From NCBI RefSeq assembly GCF_036321535.1, contig NC_087451.1, forward strand, positions 27,776,001 to 27,840,000: a DNA stretch of 64,000 nucleotides, read 5' to 3'. Numbering within the stretch: the first letter of the stretch is position 1; each line of letters opens with the position of its first letter. Below, one piece after another: positions 1 through 12,100 of the stretch. The notes beneath the pieces were generated by a model. That model saw only the letters and a list, made by a program, of their open reading frames with translations. It was not told the origin of the DNA and did not search any database. A program made the translations under genes and the position numbers. Source of the stretch: Camelus dromedarius (taxonomy: Eukaryota).

Positions 1-59
1 GGGGAAATTACTAGGCTTTTCCACCTGTGCTGGGACAATCAGATATCCCTACACACGCG

Positions 60-980
60 CGGAAGAACTTTGCCTCAACTCATGCCTTACACAGGGATTA
101 ACTCAAAATGGAGCGTAGACCTAAATGGAAGCTGAAATTGTAAAAATAATAGGAGAAAATCTTTACAGCTTTGCCTTAGGTAAATAGTTCTTAGACACAA
201 CATCAAAAGCATGAGCCATGAAGAAATTTTTTATAAACTTCACTAAAATAAAAGGTTTTGCTCTAACAGACATCTTTAGGAAAAGTCAAGTCAAGCCACA
301 GAAGATGTTTACAAACCATACATCTGACAAAGGACTGCTATCCAGGACCCATTAGTCGTCTTACAATGGACGACTAACCAAATTTTAAAATGGACAAAAG
401 ACTTGAATAGATACCTTACCAAAGAAGACTCTTCAAGAAAATGCAAATCTAACCCAGGAGACACCATGTCGCACCCACTAGGACAGGTTTAATCAAAAAG
501 ACAGACAATGCCAAGTGTTGGCAAAGGTGTGCCCCGTTGGAACCCTCTCACCTTGTTGTCAGGGTTGTAAAATGACGTCCACCTTGGAAAACATGGGGAT
601 TTCCACTGTGAGGAATCTACTCAAGACAAATGAACATATGTTCACGCGAAGACAGATGCTGCTGTTCACAATGGACAAAAAGGAATCCAAAGGTCCAGCT
701 GATAAATGAATACCAACAAAATGTGGAACATTTGCACAGCGATTGGAACAAAAGCACTGACCGCAGATGGACGGCAAGACGTCAGATGATATCACAGGCC
801 CCCAGAACGAAATGCCCAGGAAAGGCCAGCTTACAGCTGCAGGAAAGCAGGGCAGTGGCTGCCAGGGTCTGAGGGGGGTGGCTGCAGCAGTGGGCACTGA
901 CTCAGTTGCGTAAGGGAAGCTTGGTCAGAATGATGATTATGCAGCTCTACAAATTTACTGGAAAATAGTTGAACTGTAAA
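60..980 (+). mobile_element. Old LINE-1 fragment (ORF2 3' end / 3'UTR)
   Basis: Decayed L1-like phrases, e.g. aaaatggacaaaagacttgaatagatacc, aatcaaaaagacagacaatgccaagtgttggc. Boundaries approximate; subfamily not assignable by eye. Confidence 0.7.
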
Positions 981-1108
981 TTTTGTTTTGTTGTGGGGGT
1001 AATTAGGTTTATTTACTTACTTACTATTCTAATGGAGGTGTTGGGGATTGAACCCAGGACCTCGTGCATGCTAAGCACACGCTCTACCATTGAGCTACAG
1101 CCTCCCCC
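981..1108 (-). mobile_element. tRNA-derived SINE (camelid-type) with target-site duplication
   Basis: Reverse complement of 1034-1108 is a tRNA-like head (ggaggctgtagctcaatggtagagcg...gtcctgggttcaatcccc) followed by an A-rich tail. Flanks tgaactgtaaa (970-980) and tgaattgtaaa (1109-1119) match 10/11. Confidence 0.85.
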
Positions 1109-1686
1109 TGAATTGTAAACTCAATGGGTGGATTTTGTAAATTATACCTCAATCAAGCTGTAAAAAAAAAAAAAATTACCTTGCCGCTCTATGTCATTAA
1201 GTATTTTTATTTAAATCATGTGAAAGGATTTAATTCATCACGGATTTTTTAAATGAACATGTTAATATTAATTACAGTGCAAATGCTCCTGGGCCGCGCA
1301 GTAATGCACTTTTGAGATCCACTATGGAGATGTTTGATATCCTAGAAGTGCTGTAGTGAACATCCTTGTAAGGAAACCTTTGTGCACAGCCACCGTTCTT
1401 TCTTCAGAACACCATTAAGGTTCAAGTTGTACCTTCTCGGCACTACCCCCCCGGCCCCGCCCCACCCCGCGCTCTCCCATCTCTTAGGGTCTCTGCTAAT
1501 TAGCTAAAAAGGTTCAAAATAGCATCCTTCCTCCCTCATGATGGTGCAGTCATGTCACATCCCGAGGGGTCTAGTTCCTACAGGTCCTACCTGCACCCAC
1601 AGAAAGGATGGAGGGCAGGGACATGGTGTCAGCACTGGGGTGTGGTGTCAACAGCTGGTCTCGGCTGTGGTAGACTCTATAGGACC

Positions 1687-1754
1687 AGTGGCCCTGGTAC
1701 TCCCACAGGGCACTGCAGGGAGTGGCCCTGGTCCTCCCATGGGACACTGCAGGG
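1687..1754. repeat. 34-bp tandem duplication (2 copies)
   Basis: agtggccctggtactcccacagggcactgcaggg (1687-1720) followed by agtggccctggtcctcccatgggacactgcaggg (1721-1754). Confidence 0.85.
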
Positions 1755-1904
1755 AGCGGTGAGGATGATCTTGCTGATGAAGACACACAACCGATGCAAC
1801 GTATAAAGCTTAACTAGATTCTGATTCAAAGAGAAAGTAAAAGAACTCAGTACAAGCAAGGAAAATACTGGTTAGATCTTTAATGATATTTGTTAATTGT
1901 ATTG

Positions 1905-2270
1905 GCCGGTATTCCAGGCACCTACTGCTCTGTAAGAAATTACTCCAAAACCCGGTGTAAAACATACTTTATTGTGCTTACAGATTCTGAAGGTAAGGGA
2001 GTGAGACGGGATGGTTCATCTGGCACCACAGGGCGGGGCTCCTAGGTCTTCAGCCCGTCTTTGGATTGAGAAGCCACACCCCAGCCTCACCCTCAGCTGG
2101 GCCCTGAGCTGCAGCCACAGTGGGATGAGGTTAGGGGGCCCTGTGGGTGGCAAGTGTATTTTCCCGCAGAGGGCTGTGGGTCACCGGGACACGGCTGAAG
2201 AGCCACACACCCTTTGCTTCTCTTCCCATTGGCAGGTGGAGTGTCTGTTATGATGCCACTTCTTTTGTGT
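1905..2270. mobile_element. Probable MaLR (MLT1-like) LTR fragment
   Basis: ctactgctctgtaagaaattactccaaaacc...tttattgtgcttacagattctg resembles the recalled MLT1 terminus; extent uncertain. Confidence 0.5.
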
Positions 2271-4379
2271 TGGGATCTCTGCTCATCTTGTTTGAAACTT
2301 ACAGGACTTAAGTAGGCTCTGTTCAGACAGGTTAAGTAGTTCAAAATGGAGTCACAGTGGCCAACATGAGCTTCCATGTTGGTTATTCTGAAATGTAACG
2401 TACACTATAGGACTGGGAGTGTCCCAAGTGATAAACTGAGAGTATTGCTTTAGATGAGAAGTTTGACAGGCCGTGTGTGTTACTGGGACAGAAGGAAAAA
2501 TGGGGAGAGTGAAGCCCCCTCCCCAGGGGAACTGTTACTCCTTAGAAAGAGACCACTGAGCTGAGTGAGTTGAAGGCTGTTTGCCGGAGGGCCTGACTCC
2601 ACGCTGCTGAAAGCTGTTCCGGGGTCTGGACGCTGCCCGACACCCTGTCGGGGCAGCCAGCAACTCCCCCGTCACAGGGTGGAACTGTGCTGGGACGCCG
2701 CCTCCGTGGACTCCGCCTTGGAGTGGTCAGTCACCCCCTTTCCCTACTTGTAGCGGTGAAACACCAGGCAACTCCTGAACCGAACACTGCCTGTTGTTTC
2801 GTGCATCGCCAATTCCATGATTCCCACTGGCCCTTCCTGCTGGGCCCAGAGACAAACTCTGCCCTAGAACCTGGCCTGGCCTGAGTCGGGCTTGCCCAGC
2901 AGAGCCGCAGCATAGTTCTGGCCCTTCCAAGTGGGCTCCCTCGAAGTCACAGAAGACGGGCCTCTTGAAACACTTGCTGTTGGAGACTAGCTGCCAAAAC
3001 AACCGGGGGGCGTGTGGGAGAGCCTCGGCTGACAACCGTCTTGCTGGCCAGTCTTCAGGAGGCTGCGGCGCGGACCTAGCAGACTACAGCCGCATGGGAA
3101 CCCCGTGCTCAGCCCATGGGGAGGAGAAGCATAAATCCGAGCTCCAGGCCAGTGTGTCTGGAGAGGTCTGTTAAACCACAAGGGGCGGCGGGGATAACAG
3201 TACCCTGGCTGTTGTTTACCCTGAGAGGATTCCTTTCTTCCAAAATAAACGCATGTTGAACTATTCACAGTGGACATGACATCTGAGGTTTGTTTCAACG
3301 TTGCTGTGTGTTGGGAGATGAAGGCATTGATGAAACAAGAGCGACCACGAGCTGCTACCTGTTGAAGCCAGGAGCTAGGGCCCCTGGGTTCATAATCCCG
3401 GTGCCGGGTGGTGGGCCCCGCCCACTGTACTGGGGAGGATCTGTGACCAGCAGAAGGGATGGCACTTGTGACACTAGGCTGTGAGAGCCACCGCGGCTGC
3501 ATCCCGAGCACTTGTTGATTCCCTTGCTCGTTTTCTGCTTTTGAGGCCTCACTTCAGGGGAAGCAAGCTGCCCTACTGGGAGCAGCCCTATGGAGAGGCC
3601 AGGAGCCGCAGGTGGCAGGGAATCAAGGCCTCCAGCCAACAGCCCTCGAGGAAGAGAGTCTCCCGCCCACAGCGCGAGCACAAGCTTGGAATTCCAGGAG
3701 ATCTTCAGAGACCCAGGCCCTGGCTCACAGCTTGACCACAACCTCAGGAGAGGCCCGGAACCAGAACCACCCTGCAGAGCTGCTCCCTGACTCCCACACA
3801 AATGTTGATCGTTTTAAGCTAAATTCCTGGTAAGTTTTCACACAGCAGTAGACTACTAATATAATGGAGTTTGGAAATTTTTAAAAGCCCACGGGTTATC
3901 AGAAAGCAGACTTTTCCTCCGCCAGTGACTCAGCAGTGCAGCAGGTCGCGTGGCCCTGGTGGTCTGGTTTTCAGGGACAGGGTGCCTCAGAAGCACACAC
4001 CCAGCACCAGACAAGAACGCTCTGCCTTGGGCCGACTGAACATCCTTCACACAGCGCTGACAGTGTGACTCTTGGTCACAGGAAAATCGCATATATTCCT
4101 CAGAAACCAAGACATCTCCCAAAGATACCAAGCTTCAGGACTTCACATTAATTTCTATTGCCTAAAACCTGCAGGCGTGTGTGCTGCTGACGACTGCGGC
4201 CTCGACCCGGACTCGCTGAAGGCAGGCCACACAGACGGGTCCTGCCTTCCTGGGGCTGAAGAGCCACCGACGGGGGCAGGGGCCCGTTTCCGAGTTCTCA
4301 CAAGGGCTGCGGGTGAAGGTCAGGAGGCGCACCACGCCCAGCATCTGGTGTGCAGCACTTGGGGGCCAGGACCCCACAA

Positions 4380-5232
4380 GGAGAAAGAGGGGTGGTGGGC
4401 GGGTGTCGGCAGCGCGGGCTTCGGCCGGGCCGGCCACGGGGGCCACGAGTCACGAGCCCCTCATGGCGCTACGGAGCCCTCCCGGGTGAGCGTGTGCGAA
4501 ACGTCCGATATCCGCCAACAGTCGGAGCACGCGGGTGGAGAACCTGCGTGGACGGCGGCATCTCAGCCAGGAGCTCCCAGTGCCGAGACTCCCTGAAGCG
4601 GCTGGCGCTCCGGGCAGGGCGGCCGAACGCTGACCGTGTGGAAGGGGAAGGCCCGCGGCGCACGGACTCCGCTCCCGGAAGGGCGCCCTGGGCCGTCACC
4701 CGCGGACGACGGAACGTTCGGCGGTCACTTCCGGGAGGCCAGGAGGCAGGGCCCGCTCGTCCCCGCGGAGCGACGGCGGCCTGCTTCCGGGGACGCGCCC
4801 GCGCCCGACAGACGCGCGTTCCAGCACCTCGCGGAAATGCCACGCCGCGCCCGCGTTCCGCGCGGGCCGCAGCGAAACCATGACACTGCCCGCCCCCTGA
4901 GTTCGCGGGCTGACCCGTTGGGTCGCCTGGGACTGAAAAATGCCGGCGGCAAAAGGCGCAGAAGCCGCAGCCGGACGAGTGTCCGCACGCGTCCCGTCCG
5001 CCGCGCCGCCCACGCGGGATGCGCCCACGAGGCCAGCCCCGCAAGATGGCGGCAGCGCGCTCCCGGCAGCCCCTCCGCGCGCATGCGCTCTCCGCGGCCC
5101 GCCCGGCGCGAGCGGAAGTCGCTTGACCCCGGAAGTGGCGGGCCGGGAGCGCGCGGGCGGGGCGGCTACGTTCGTCATTCCGTGCGGGAGGGAGCACGAG
5201 AGCGGAGCGGTCGAGACTCCGGTGAGCGCTGG

Positions 5233-5264
<32 letters not shown>

Positions 5265-5890
5265 GGCGGGGCCGGCGGGTGGCCGCGGGGGAGGGGGCGG
5301 TGGCCGCGCCTTTGTTCTCCCTGCTCGCCCCGCCCTTCGCCCCAGCCGGTGGGATCTGCGCGGAGCGGGGGCGGGGGCGCGGGCGGCAGTGACAGCGGGC
5401 GGTGGCCCCGGCTCAGGGCGGGCCCACGTGCGGGGCCGTGGTGCGGGAGGCGTGGGCGCGGGCCCAGGAGGCGGGGGCGCGGGGCCGGGGGTGCGGCGCT
5501 GGGGGCCGGGGGCGGGGGGCGGTGCAAGTATCTTTGTGGTTGCCGCTTGTGCCCAGCAGCCCCCTCCCTGCCGTTTCGCGGTGGCCGGGGCCAGGCCGCA
5601 CGCTCCGTCTCCTGGGCCTTGTGGTCCTTGCGCCCCACCCTGCGCGCCGCGCCCAGATTGCGGGCCGTGCGGAAGTGCGGGCCGCGGCGATCGCACTTGG
5701 AGGATCCTGTCGCCTTCGGCCGCGCTTGGGTGGCATTGGGGCGTGAACCTTCTAGAGGAATTCGAGAGGAAGCTGCGGGAGGCTTGGGAAAGCGGGCCGG
5801 CCCCACCCCGCTGCCGCGGCCGGGCGGCTCCGGGTTCCCAGTGGCCTTTTGTAAGATCCGGACCTTCCGCATGTCCCGGTTGCCAGACTG
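4380..5890. promoter_or_regulatory. CpG island, ARHGDIA promoter
   Basis: Very high GC and CpG density. YY1 motif CAAGATGGCGGC 5042-5053, NRF1 palindrome GCGCATGCGC 5079-5088, ETS/GABP motifs CGGAAGT 5113-5119 and CCGGAAGTG 5129-5137. Confidence 0.9.
5140..5221 (+). other. ARHGDIA: ARHGDIA non-coding exon 1 (5' end approximate)
   Basis: acgttcgtcattccgtgcgggaggga resembles the recalled human 5'UTR; donor CCG|gtgagc at 5222. Exon 2 acceptor ccgcag| ends at 6826. Confidence 0.7.
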
Positions 5891-6853
5891 GACCTGTGGG
5901 GCAAAAGCATTGAGTATCTTTCTAGGCAACCAGTGGCCCTTACCCTCCTCCCGCACTGCTGGGTAGGGACTTAGCAGGTTTTAGGTACTTTTCAGGGATT
6001 TTTGGGGGGTGGCGGTGCGAGGGTCATCCTTAGTGAAGGAAGCCCAGTGGCTGCTCCATGCACTGCTCCTCCTTTTGACAGCACTGCTCCAGGTTCTTCT
6101 GGGCCAGGGCCCATAAGGAGGGTCTTGAGGCTACCACATGGTTGCAGCAATTCTCAAATTCTAGGCGGCAGATCATCACAATTGGAGATAAGCTTGGCAG
6201 ACACTTAGGGTTCTTCTGCTATGTCAGGACTTAGCTGTGGGATTCAGGCTGGTCCTGTTATCTGACCACCAGGAGAGCCCTGTGTTTGCAGGCTGAGACA
6301 GAACCAATCTGTGTTCTGCACAGAGGGTTTGCATTGCAGCTAGGACAGGTCGTAAGGAGCATGGCTGGTCAGGGAAGCCTAGCAGGAGGAGTCCTTTGGA
6401 GTGAGGGCCTGGGCAGCTCAGAACAAGCAGCAGGGCTTGGTCCTGACCCTGCCTGGTGGGGCTGGGGTGCTGCAGCTTCCTGGGCAACAGAGGAGCTGTC
6501 ACTGCTTTTCCCAAGGAGCAGGTTGCAGGTCCCATTTAGCCCTGGGTGTTGGACCTGGAGTGGACTCCCCTGAGGTGAACAGGGCAAGAAGGCAAGCGTG
6601 ACCTCTTGAGTCGCAGGAGCCTGTGTGGGGATCCCTTGCGAAGTTCTGGCTGTCCTTGCCTTCCTGTTGCAGAAGATGCACCTCCCCTGGGGCCCACGTG
6701 GGGGCTTGGCCACCTGCACAGATCCAGCACTGCCCGCCTTGGCGGCAGCAGGACCTGCAGAGGGCGGGAAGGGGAGACGCTGTGGGTCTCTCCTGGCTGT
6801 CACAGCCCTTGCCACCCAACCCGCAGGTGTCCCAGACGCAGCTAGAGGTGAGT

Positions 6854-7997
6854 ATGGCCGAGCAGGAGCCCACAGCCGAGCAGCTGGCGCAGATTGCAGC
6901 TGAGAATGAGGAGGATGAGCATTCGGTCAACTACAAGCCCCCGGCCCAGAAGAGCATCCAGGAGATCCAGGAACTGGACAAGGACGACGAGAGTCTGCGC
7001 AAGTACAAGGAGGCCCTGCTGGGCCGCGTGGCCGTGTCCGCCGGTGAGTGGGCCCAGCCGGGGTGCACTGCACGGGTACCTGTCGCTTTTCCAGGTGTCC
7101 GCCACTGTTCCCCCGGGTGGTGGAGCCCTAACCTGCTGTCACTCCGCAGACCCCAACGTCCCCAACGTCGTGGTGACCCGCCTGACTCTGGTGTGTAGCA
7201 GTGCCCCGGGCCCCCTGGAGCTGGACCTGACAGGTGAGGGGCACTTCTGAGGTCGCTGACTGCTACTGCGCGCCCTGCTGCGTCTCCTAAAAATAGCTTT
7301 TAGGAGTTCTGGCGCCCTCTTGTGTGGAGCACAGGAAGTTCAGTCGTGTGGTCTTGCAAGGCACTGGCTTTGGAGTGACCTGGGTCTGGGGCTGGGGTGG
7401 CTTTCCCTGGCCCATCCTCTTAGCGTGGTGTTCTTCTCAAACGCAGGTGATCTGGAGAGTTTCAAGAAGCAATCCTTTGTGCTGAAGGAGGGTGTGGAGT
7501 ACCGGATAAAAATCTCTTTCCGGGTAAGGAGAGGTGCGGGGGGTCTGGGCTGCCTTGGGAGGGGCGGGGCGCCGGGGCTGGAGAGCCTGGCTGAGCTCCG
7601 CTCGGGGTGTCTCCTTGCAGGTGAACCGGGAGATCGTGTCCGGCATGAAGTACATCCAGCACACGTACCGGAAAGGCGTCAAAAGTGAGTGAGGGCGGGC
7701 CCAGCCCCGGGAGGGGAGTGGCCGCCCAGGGACTTGGGGATCGGGAGTGGGGAAGGCCCAACCCTGCTTCCTGACTGTCTCCTTCCTGGTACCGCAGTTG
7801 ACAAGACTGACTACATGGTGGGGAGCTACGGGCCCCGGGCGGAGGAGTACGAGTTCCTGACGCCCATGGAGGAGGCGCCCAAAGGCATGCTGGCTCGCGG
7901 CAGCTACAACATCAAGTCCCGCTTCACAGACGACGACAGGACAGACCACCTGTCCTGGGAGTGGAACCTCACCATCAAGAAGGAGTGGAAGGACTGA
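6854..7997 (+). CDS. ARHGDIA: Rho GDP-dissociation inhibitor 1 (RhoGDI-alpha), 204 aa
   Basis: join(6854-7043,7150-7233,7447-7523,7621-7684,7798-7997) = 615 nt, all [61 protein letters not shown]...[13 protein letters not shown]. Confidence 0.98.
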
Positions 7998-9130
7998 TCC
8001 CCAGCCAGGAGGCGGGCGGACGGACGGACAGACGGACGTGTCCCACCCCACCCCCACCCCTCCCGACCCCAGACCAAAGTGCTGACAGGGCCCGGCCCAC
8101 ACCGCCACCATTCCCCGGGGCAGCCTCCTGCCGGCCCGTCCCTTCTCCTTCCTCCCAGCCCACAGGCCCCAGCCTCCTCAGTGGTCTCGTGTCGTTGCTG
8201 CTTCCGCCTGTGCTGTGGGGGGGGGCTCCAACCCAGGCCTCCACCTCCCCTTCTGTGTTCCTTAAGGTTCTCCCACTGTCCTGACCTGCCCCGAGGCCCT
8301 GGCTTTTTCGAGGTCTCAGGGTGTTCAGGTCCCTTGGGCCTTTGTGGTTGCCCTGACTCCCGATCTGTCTCCCCACCTTGGGGGTAGGGTGTACCATGGA
8401 GGGCTTTGTGCAGGGGTTGTCCTCAGCTTTCACTTCTCCCGGTCAGTCCACCCATCACTGTCAGTAACCGTCTAACCATGATGCCTTAACATGTGGAACG
8501 TGTGCCGTGGGGGCGTCACTAACCTCTAACCCTGTGTCTGCATGAGCATGTGGTCTCCCCCAGTCCCCACCCCGTCTGCAGTCCCTGAGGCCCAGGAAGG
8601 TGTGGGATGTGCCCCTGCTGCTCCCCACCTGCCAGGGCCTGGCCAACCCCCTTTCCTCGGCCAGGGCTTCGGGGACGGCTCCAGGGGCTTGGGAAAGCCA
8701 AATTGCCAAAACTCAAGTGGCCTCCAGTCCCACCTGGGAGGCTGGGTGACCTCACGCCTCTGCCTTCTCTGTCCCAGTGGGCAGTGCCTAGAGCCCCCAG
8801 ACCCACCAGAGAGCCCTCGGCGGATACAGCCAGCGGCCGAGCCTTACTCGTCCCACCTGGGCCTCCCGGCCTGGAGTCGTGTGCCTGGCCTGTCAGTATT
8901 TATTGCCTCCGTATGTGCCGTTCTCTGGGCCCGCCGGCCTGCCGCCTCTGTCCCCAGGCTCGGTGCCACCGTCCCCAGCAGGCCCTCCCCGGACCCAGAC
9001 AGGACAACTGTGGGACCAAGCTTGTACAGCTGGAGCTGTCCCCTGCCCCTCCCCTCCTGTCCCTTCCCCGGTCAGGCCCGGGCCTGGAACACACAGGAGC
9101 CTGTCCCTGCTTCTCCTTTTCTGACCGGGA

Positions 9131-9136
9131 AATAAA
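9131..9136 (+). terminator. ARHGDIA polyadenylation signal AATAAA
   Basis: AATAAA about 1.1 kb after the stop codon, followed by a GT-rich element near 9157. Confidence 0.8.
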
Positions 9137-12100
9137 AGTCCCCGTAAGGAGCCAGGGTGTGTGCCTCTCATCTCCTGGAGGGAGAAGGGGGAGCTGGGCC
9201 CTCTGTCTCTGCTGCCCTGGGGCACAGGGCACAGCAGGATGACCAGGGCGGGTGCAGCAGTCTCTGCCCCTGTGACTGAAGGAGAATGGCTTTAAAGTCC
9301 TTCCTCGGTCACACCGGGCGGACCAGGCCGGTGCCGCCCTTTCGGCTGAGCACAGGTTCTGCAGGGGACGTGCAGGGCACAGTCAGGCCCCCAGCCTCCT
9401 GGGGCGTCCAGTGCCCGGGGCGGGCTCCTGCGTCCTTGGGCACTGAGTCTCTGGGAGGAAGTACCCCCCAACCCAAGAGAAGGGAATCCTTGCTGGAGGC
9501 TTGGGAGCCCCACAAGAGGCAGGACTCAGGCACAAATAGAATGACTGGGTCCCAAAGGATCCCACAGCAAGGACTCCAAGCCGGCAGGAGTGTGGAGGGG
9601 AAGTTGGTGCCATGGGCCGCAGGGCCAGCGGAGAGGGTGACGTGGGAGGCCAGCCAAGCCCCAGCACTCAGTACTGCTGGGCAGGGGCAAGGGTCCAAGG
9701 CTGGAATTGACAAGGTCAGGGGCTGGGAGGAGACCAGGACCCTCGCTGCACAGAGGAGCAGTAGAGTGCTGGGGTAGGGGGGCCTGAAGGGCTGCCAGGT
9801 TCCGTGCATGCCCCAGAGGCGGTCCTGCTGACCAATGGGTCTCTAGGACCTCAGGGTGGCAGGAACAGTGCTGCCCCCTCTTTGAGCACCACCCCCAAGA
9901 GCCCCCAGTAAGATGCCACCTCCCCAGCCCCTAAACAGGAAAGGGCCCATGGGAAACTCCAGCTCCAGACAGTCTGTTCAGGAAACCCCCTTTAATAGCT
10001 TCATGCTGGTTGCGGAATTTCCTCCCTCTGGTCTGAGCCGGTGAGCAGTGTCATGGCTAGGCAGCAAGGGCAGGGCCTGCCGTGGCCACACCTCCCGGGG
10101 CCTGTCGGCAGGGTGAGCCCTCCCAGGAGCCTGCCACCAGCTGGGGCGGACCAGGAAGCAACCCCCAGCCCCCACGTCGGGGACGACACACCATGCCGGG
10201 AGGATGGCTCCCACAGGGCTCCCGTGGCATTCCTTATCAGGGCCCCAGTGGGGTCCTGGAGACGGCCCTGTGATGGGTGACAGGACAAAATGCCACTTCC
10301 TGCAGCAGCCGGCCTAGGCATAAACCCAAGAGCCACAGTCCCTGGTCCCGAAATCCACAGGGCAGAGACCCCAACAGGCCTCTCCCAGAACTGGCCTGCC
10401 CCCAACAGGGGAGCGGGCAGGGAGACCGCACAGCTCTGGGCTGTGAGGCCCAAGGCCTGTCCCACTAAGCTCAGCCCTAACGTTTGGAGGGATCCCCAAG
10501 CCAGGCACAGCTACTCCCTCTCCCAGTCCAGTCCCTGAAACGTCCAGTGAACATCTTCAAACCCAGGGTCAGCCTGTGTTGACAGCATTTTGGTTTATTG
10601 GGCCGGGGCCTTCTGAGGATCTGTCGGGCCAAAAGATCTACTATTTTTGTGCTTGGGTTTTCCAAGCCTTTGTGAGATGTGTGAACTCGGGCCCTGAGTG
10701 CCAGCTTGTCCAGGCACGCTGCCAACAGCCAGGACTTTGCCCTGGCTCTTCCCCTGGTGAAGGATGACACAAGGTGGCACCTGCCGGACCTGCGTGACGT
10801 GTCTCTCAGGTCCCAAGTCTGAGCTGATTCTCCTGGTCCCTTCTGAACCCCTCTGTACAGCTCAGTGCTTGGGGCCTGGCCTCCCTGCCAGGTGAGCCCC
10901 TGCCTGAGCCCCTCCCTCTCCACTCCCTCCCTCCATCCGAGGGTCCCAGTCATCCCCCAGCTTCTGCCTCCCCAACCACCCCCAGATGGCTTCTTCCACT
11001 GAGGAGGGTGGCAGTGACACCAGGTCAGGGCCTTTAATGTGATTAACCAGTAGTTACTGTAGTTTACGAGAATCTCCGTGTGCAGCACCACTCGGCTCTG
11101 CAGTCAGGGCCCACTTCAGTCCCTCCGGGCCACGCTCCCCACGGTGCCTGCTCCCAGTTCTCACCAGCGCCCCAGCTCACCCACGTGCAGGCAGTATGGC
11201 CCATGGCACAGCTCTCCGTCTCCGCTGCTGCTCTGCAGTGGGCACGCACAGCCAGGGGTGTCCGCCAGCCCCCTCATTAACTCCCTCCAGACCTCAAGCT
11301 CGATCCACAGTTTGAAAGGGAGTTGTTTTATTCTGAGAACTCTATTTTTGTGAGTAGTATTTATCAAAATGTTTGATCACTCAGTTGTTCAACCAGTACT
11401 TAATGGGCACCTTCTCTGAGCATGAGAGGCCCCTGGAGGACGTCCTGAGGCCACCGTGCTGGGTCCAGAGAGACGCTGCAGCTACAGGGGCGGGAGGGCC
11501 CTGACCTGCAAGGGCATATACCACTGGCCTCTCCCTAGAGCTGCCCTCCAAAGGCACGTGAGCAGCCTGAGGAAAAAGGAGACTCTCAGGGGTCCTCTCA
11601 GGGCTGAGGCCTGTAGAGATGTTCAGTGAACCAGCCTGTGTTCTGGGGGCACCATGCACTCCTGCACCTCACCCAGCTACTGACCAACCCCACAGAGACT
11701 GGGAACCCCACTTTGCTGTTCCTGCAGGGGTCTGTGTGCAAAGCGACTCAGGACAGGTGTAAGTGCCTTGAGAAAAAGGCACATCAGTGAAGCCGAGGTG
11801 TCAAAGCACGGTGCCCAGCCCAGGGCAGAGCCTGCTTAGGCCCTGGTTCTCACAGAACTGCAACTTGTCTCTGCCCACCTGGGCTGCAGAACAGCGGCCC
11901 TGTTGTAACCTGCATCAAGGCGTGTTCCAATTTTGGCTTCAGCCGTGGAGGGCTAGGCTCGACCATAGCCAGCAACTCAGATCGCTGCTGCTCTGCTTCT
12001 GGCATTTGCCTCCCCGGCCCAGGATTCTCATCTTTGTAATTATTCTACCCTGTGCTCTGGGTCTAAGCTGCTTCCAAACCATCAAGCTAGTCAACGTGAT

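Noticed and set aside
1034-1108. tRNA-like sequences (also 52856-52930, 53037-53108, 53242-53318, 55381-55448)
   Set aside because: They have A-rich tails, a TSD in one case, and degenerate stems: SINE heads, not tRNA genes.
2330-3900. Possible ERV internal or LTR remnants
   Set aside because: Some LTR-like phrases but no translatable gag, pol or dUTPase motif could be confirmed by eye; needs RepeatMasker.
4469-5956. Long ORFs of 150-495 aa over the ARHGDIA island, and similar ones at 12691-14272, 28525-29722 and 47689-49269
   Set aside because: Low-complexity Ala/Gly/Pro/Arg translations on several frames at once; expected from stop-codon scarcity in CpG islands. No recognisable domain.
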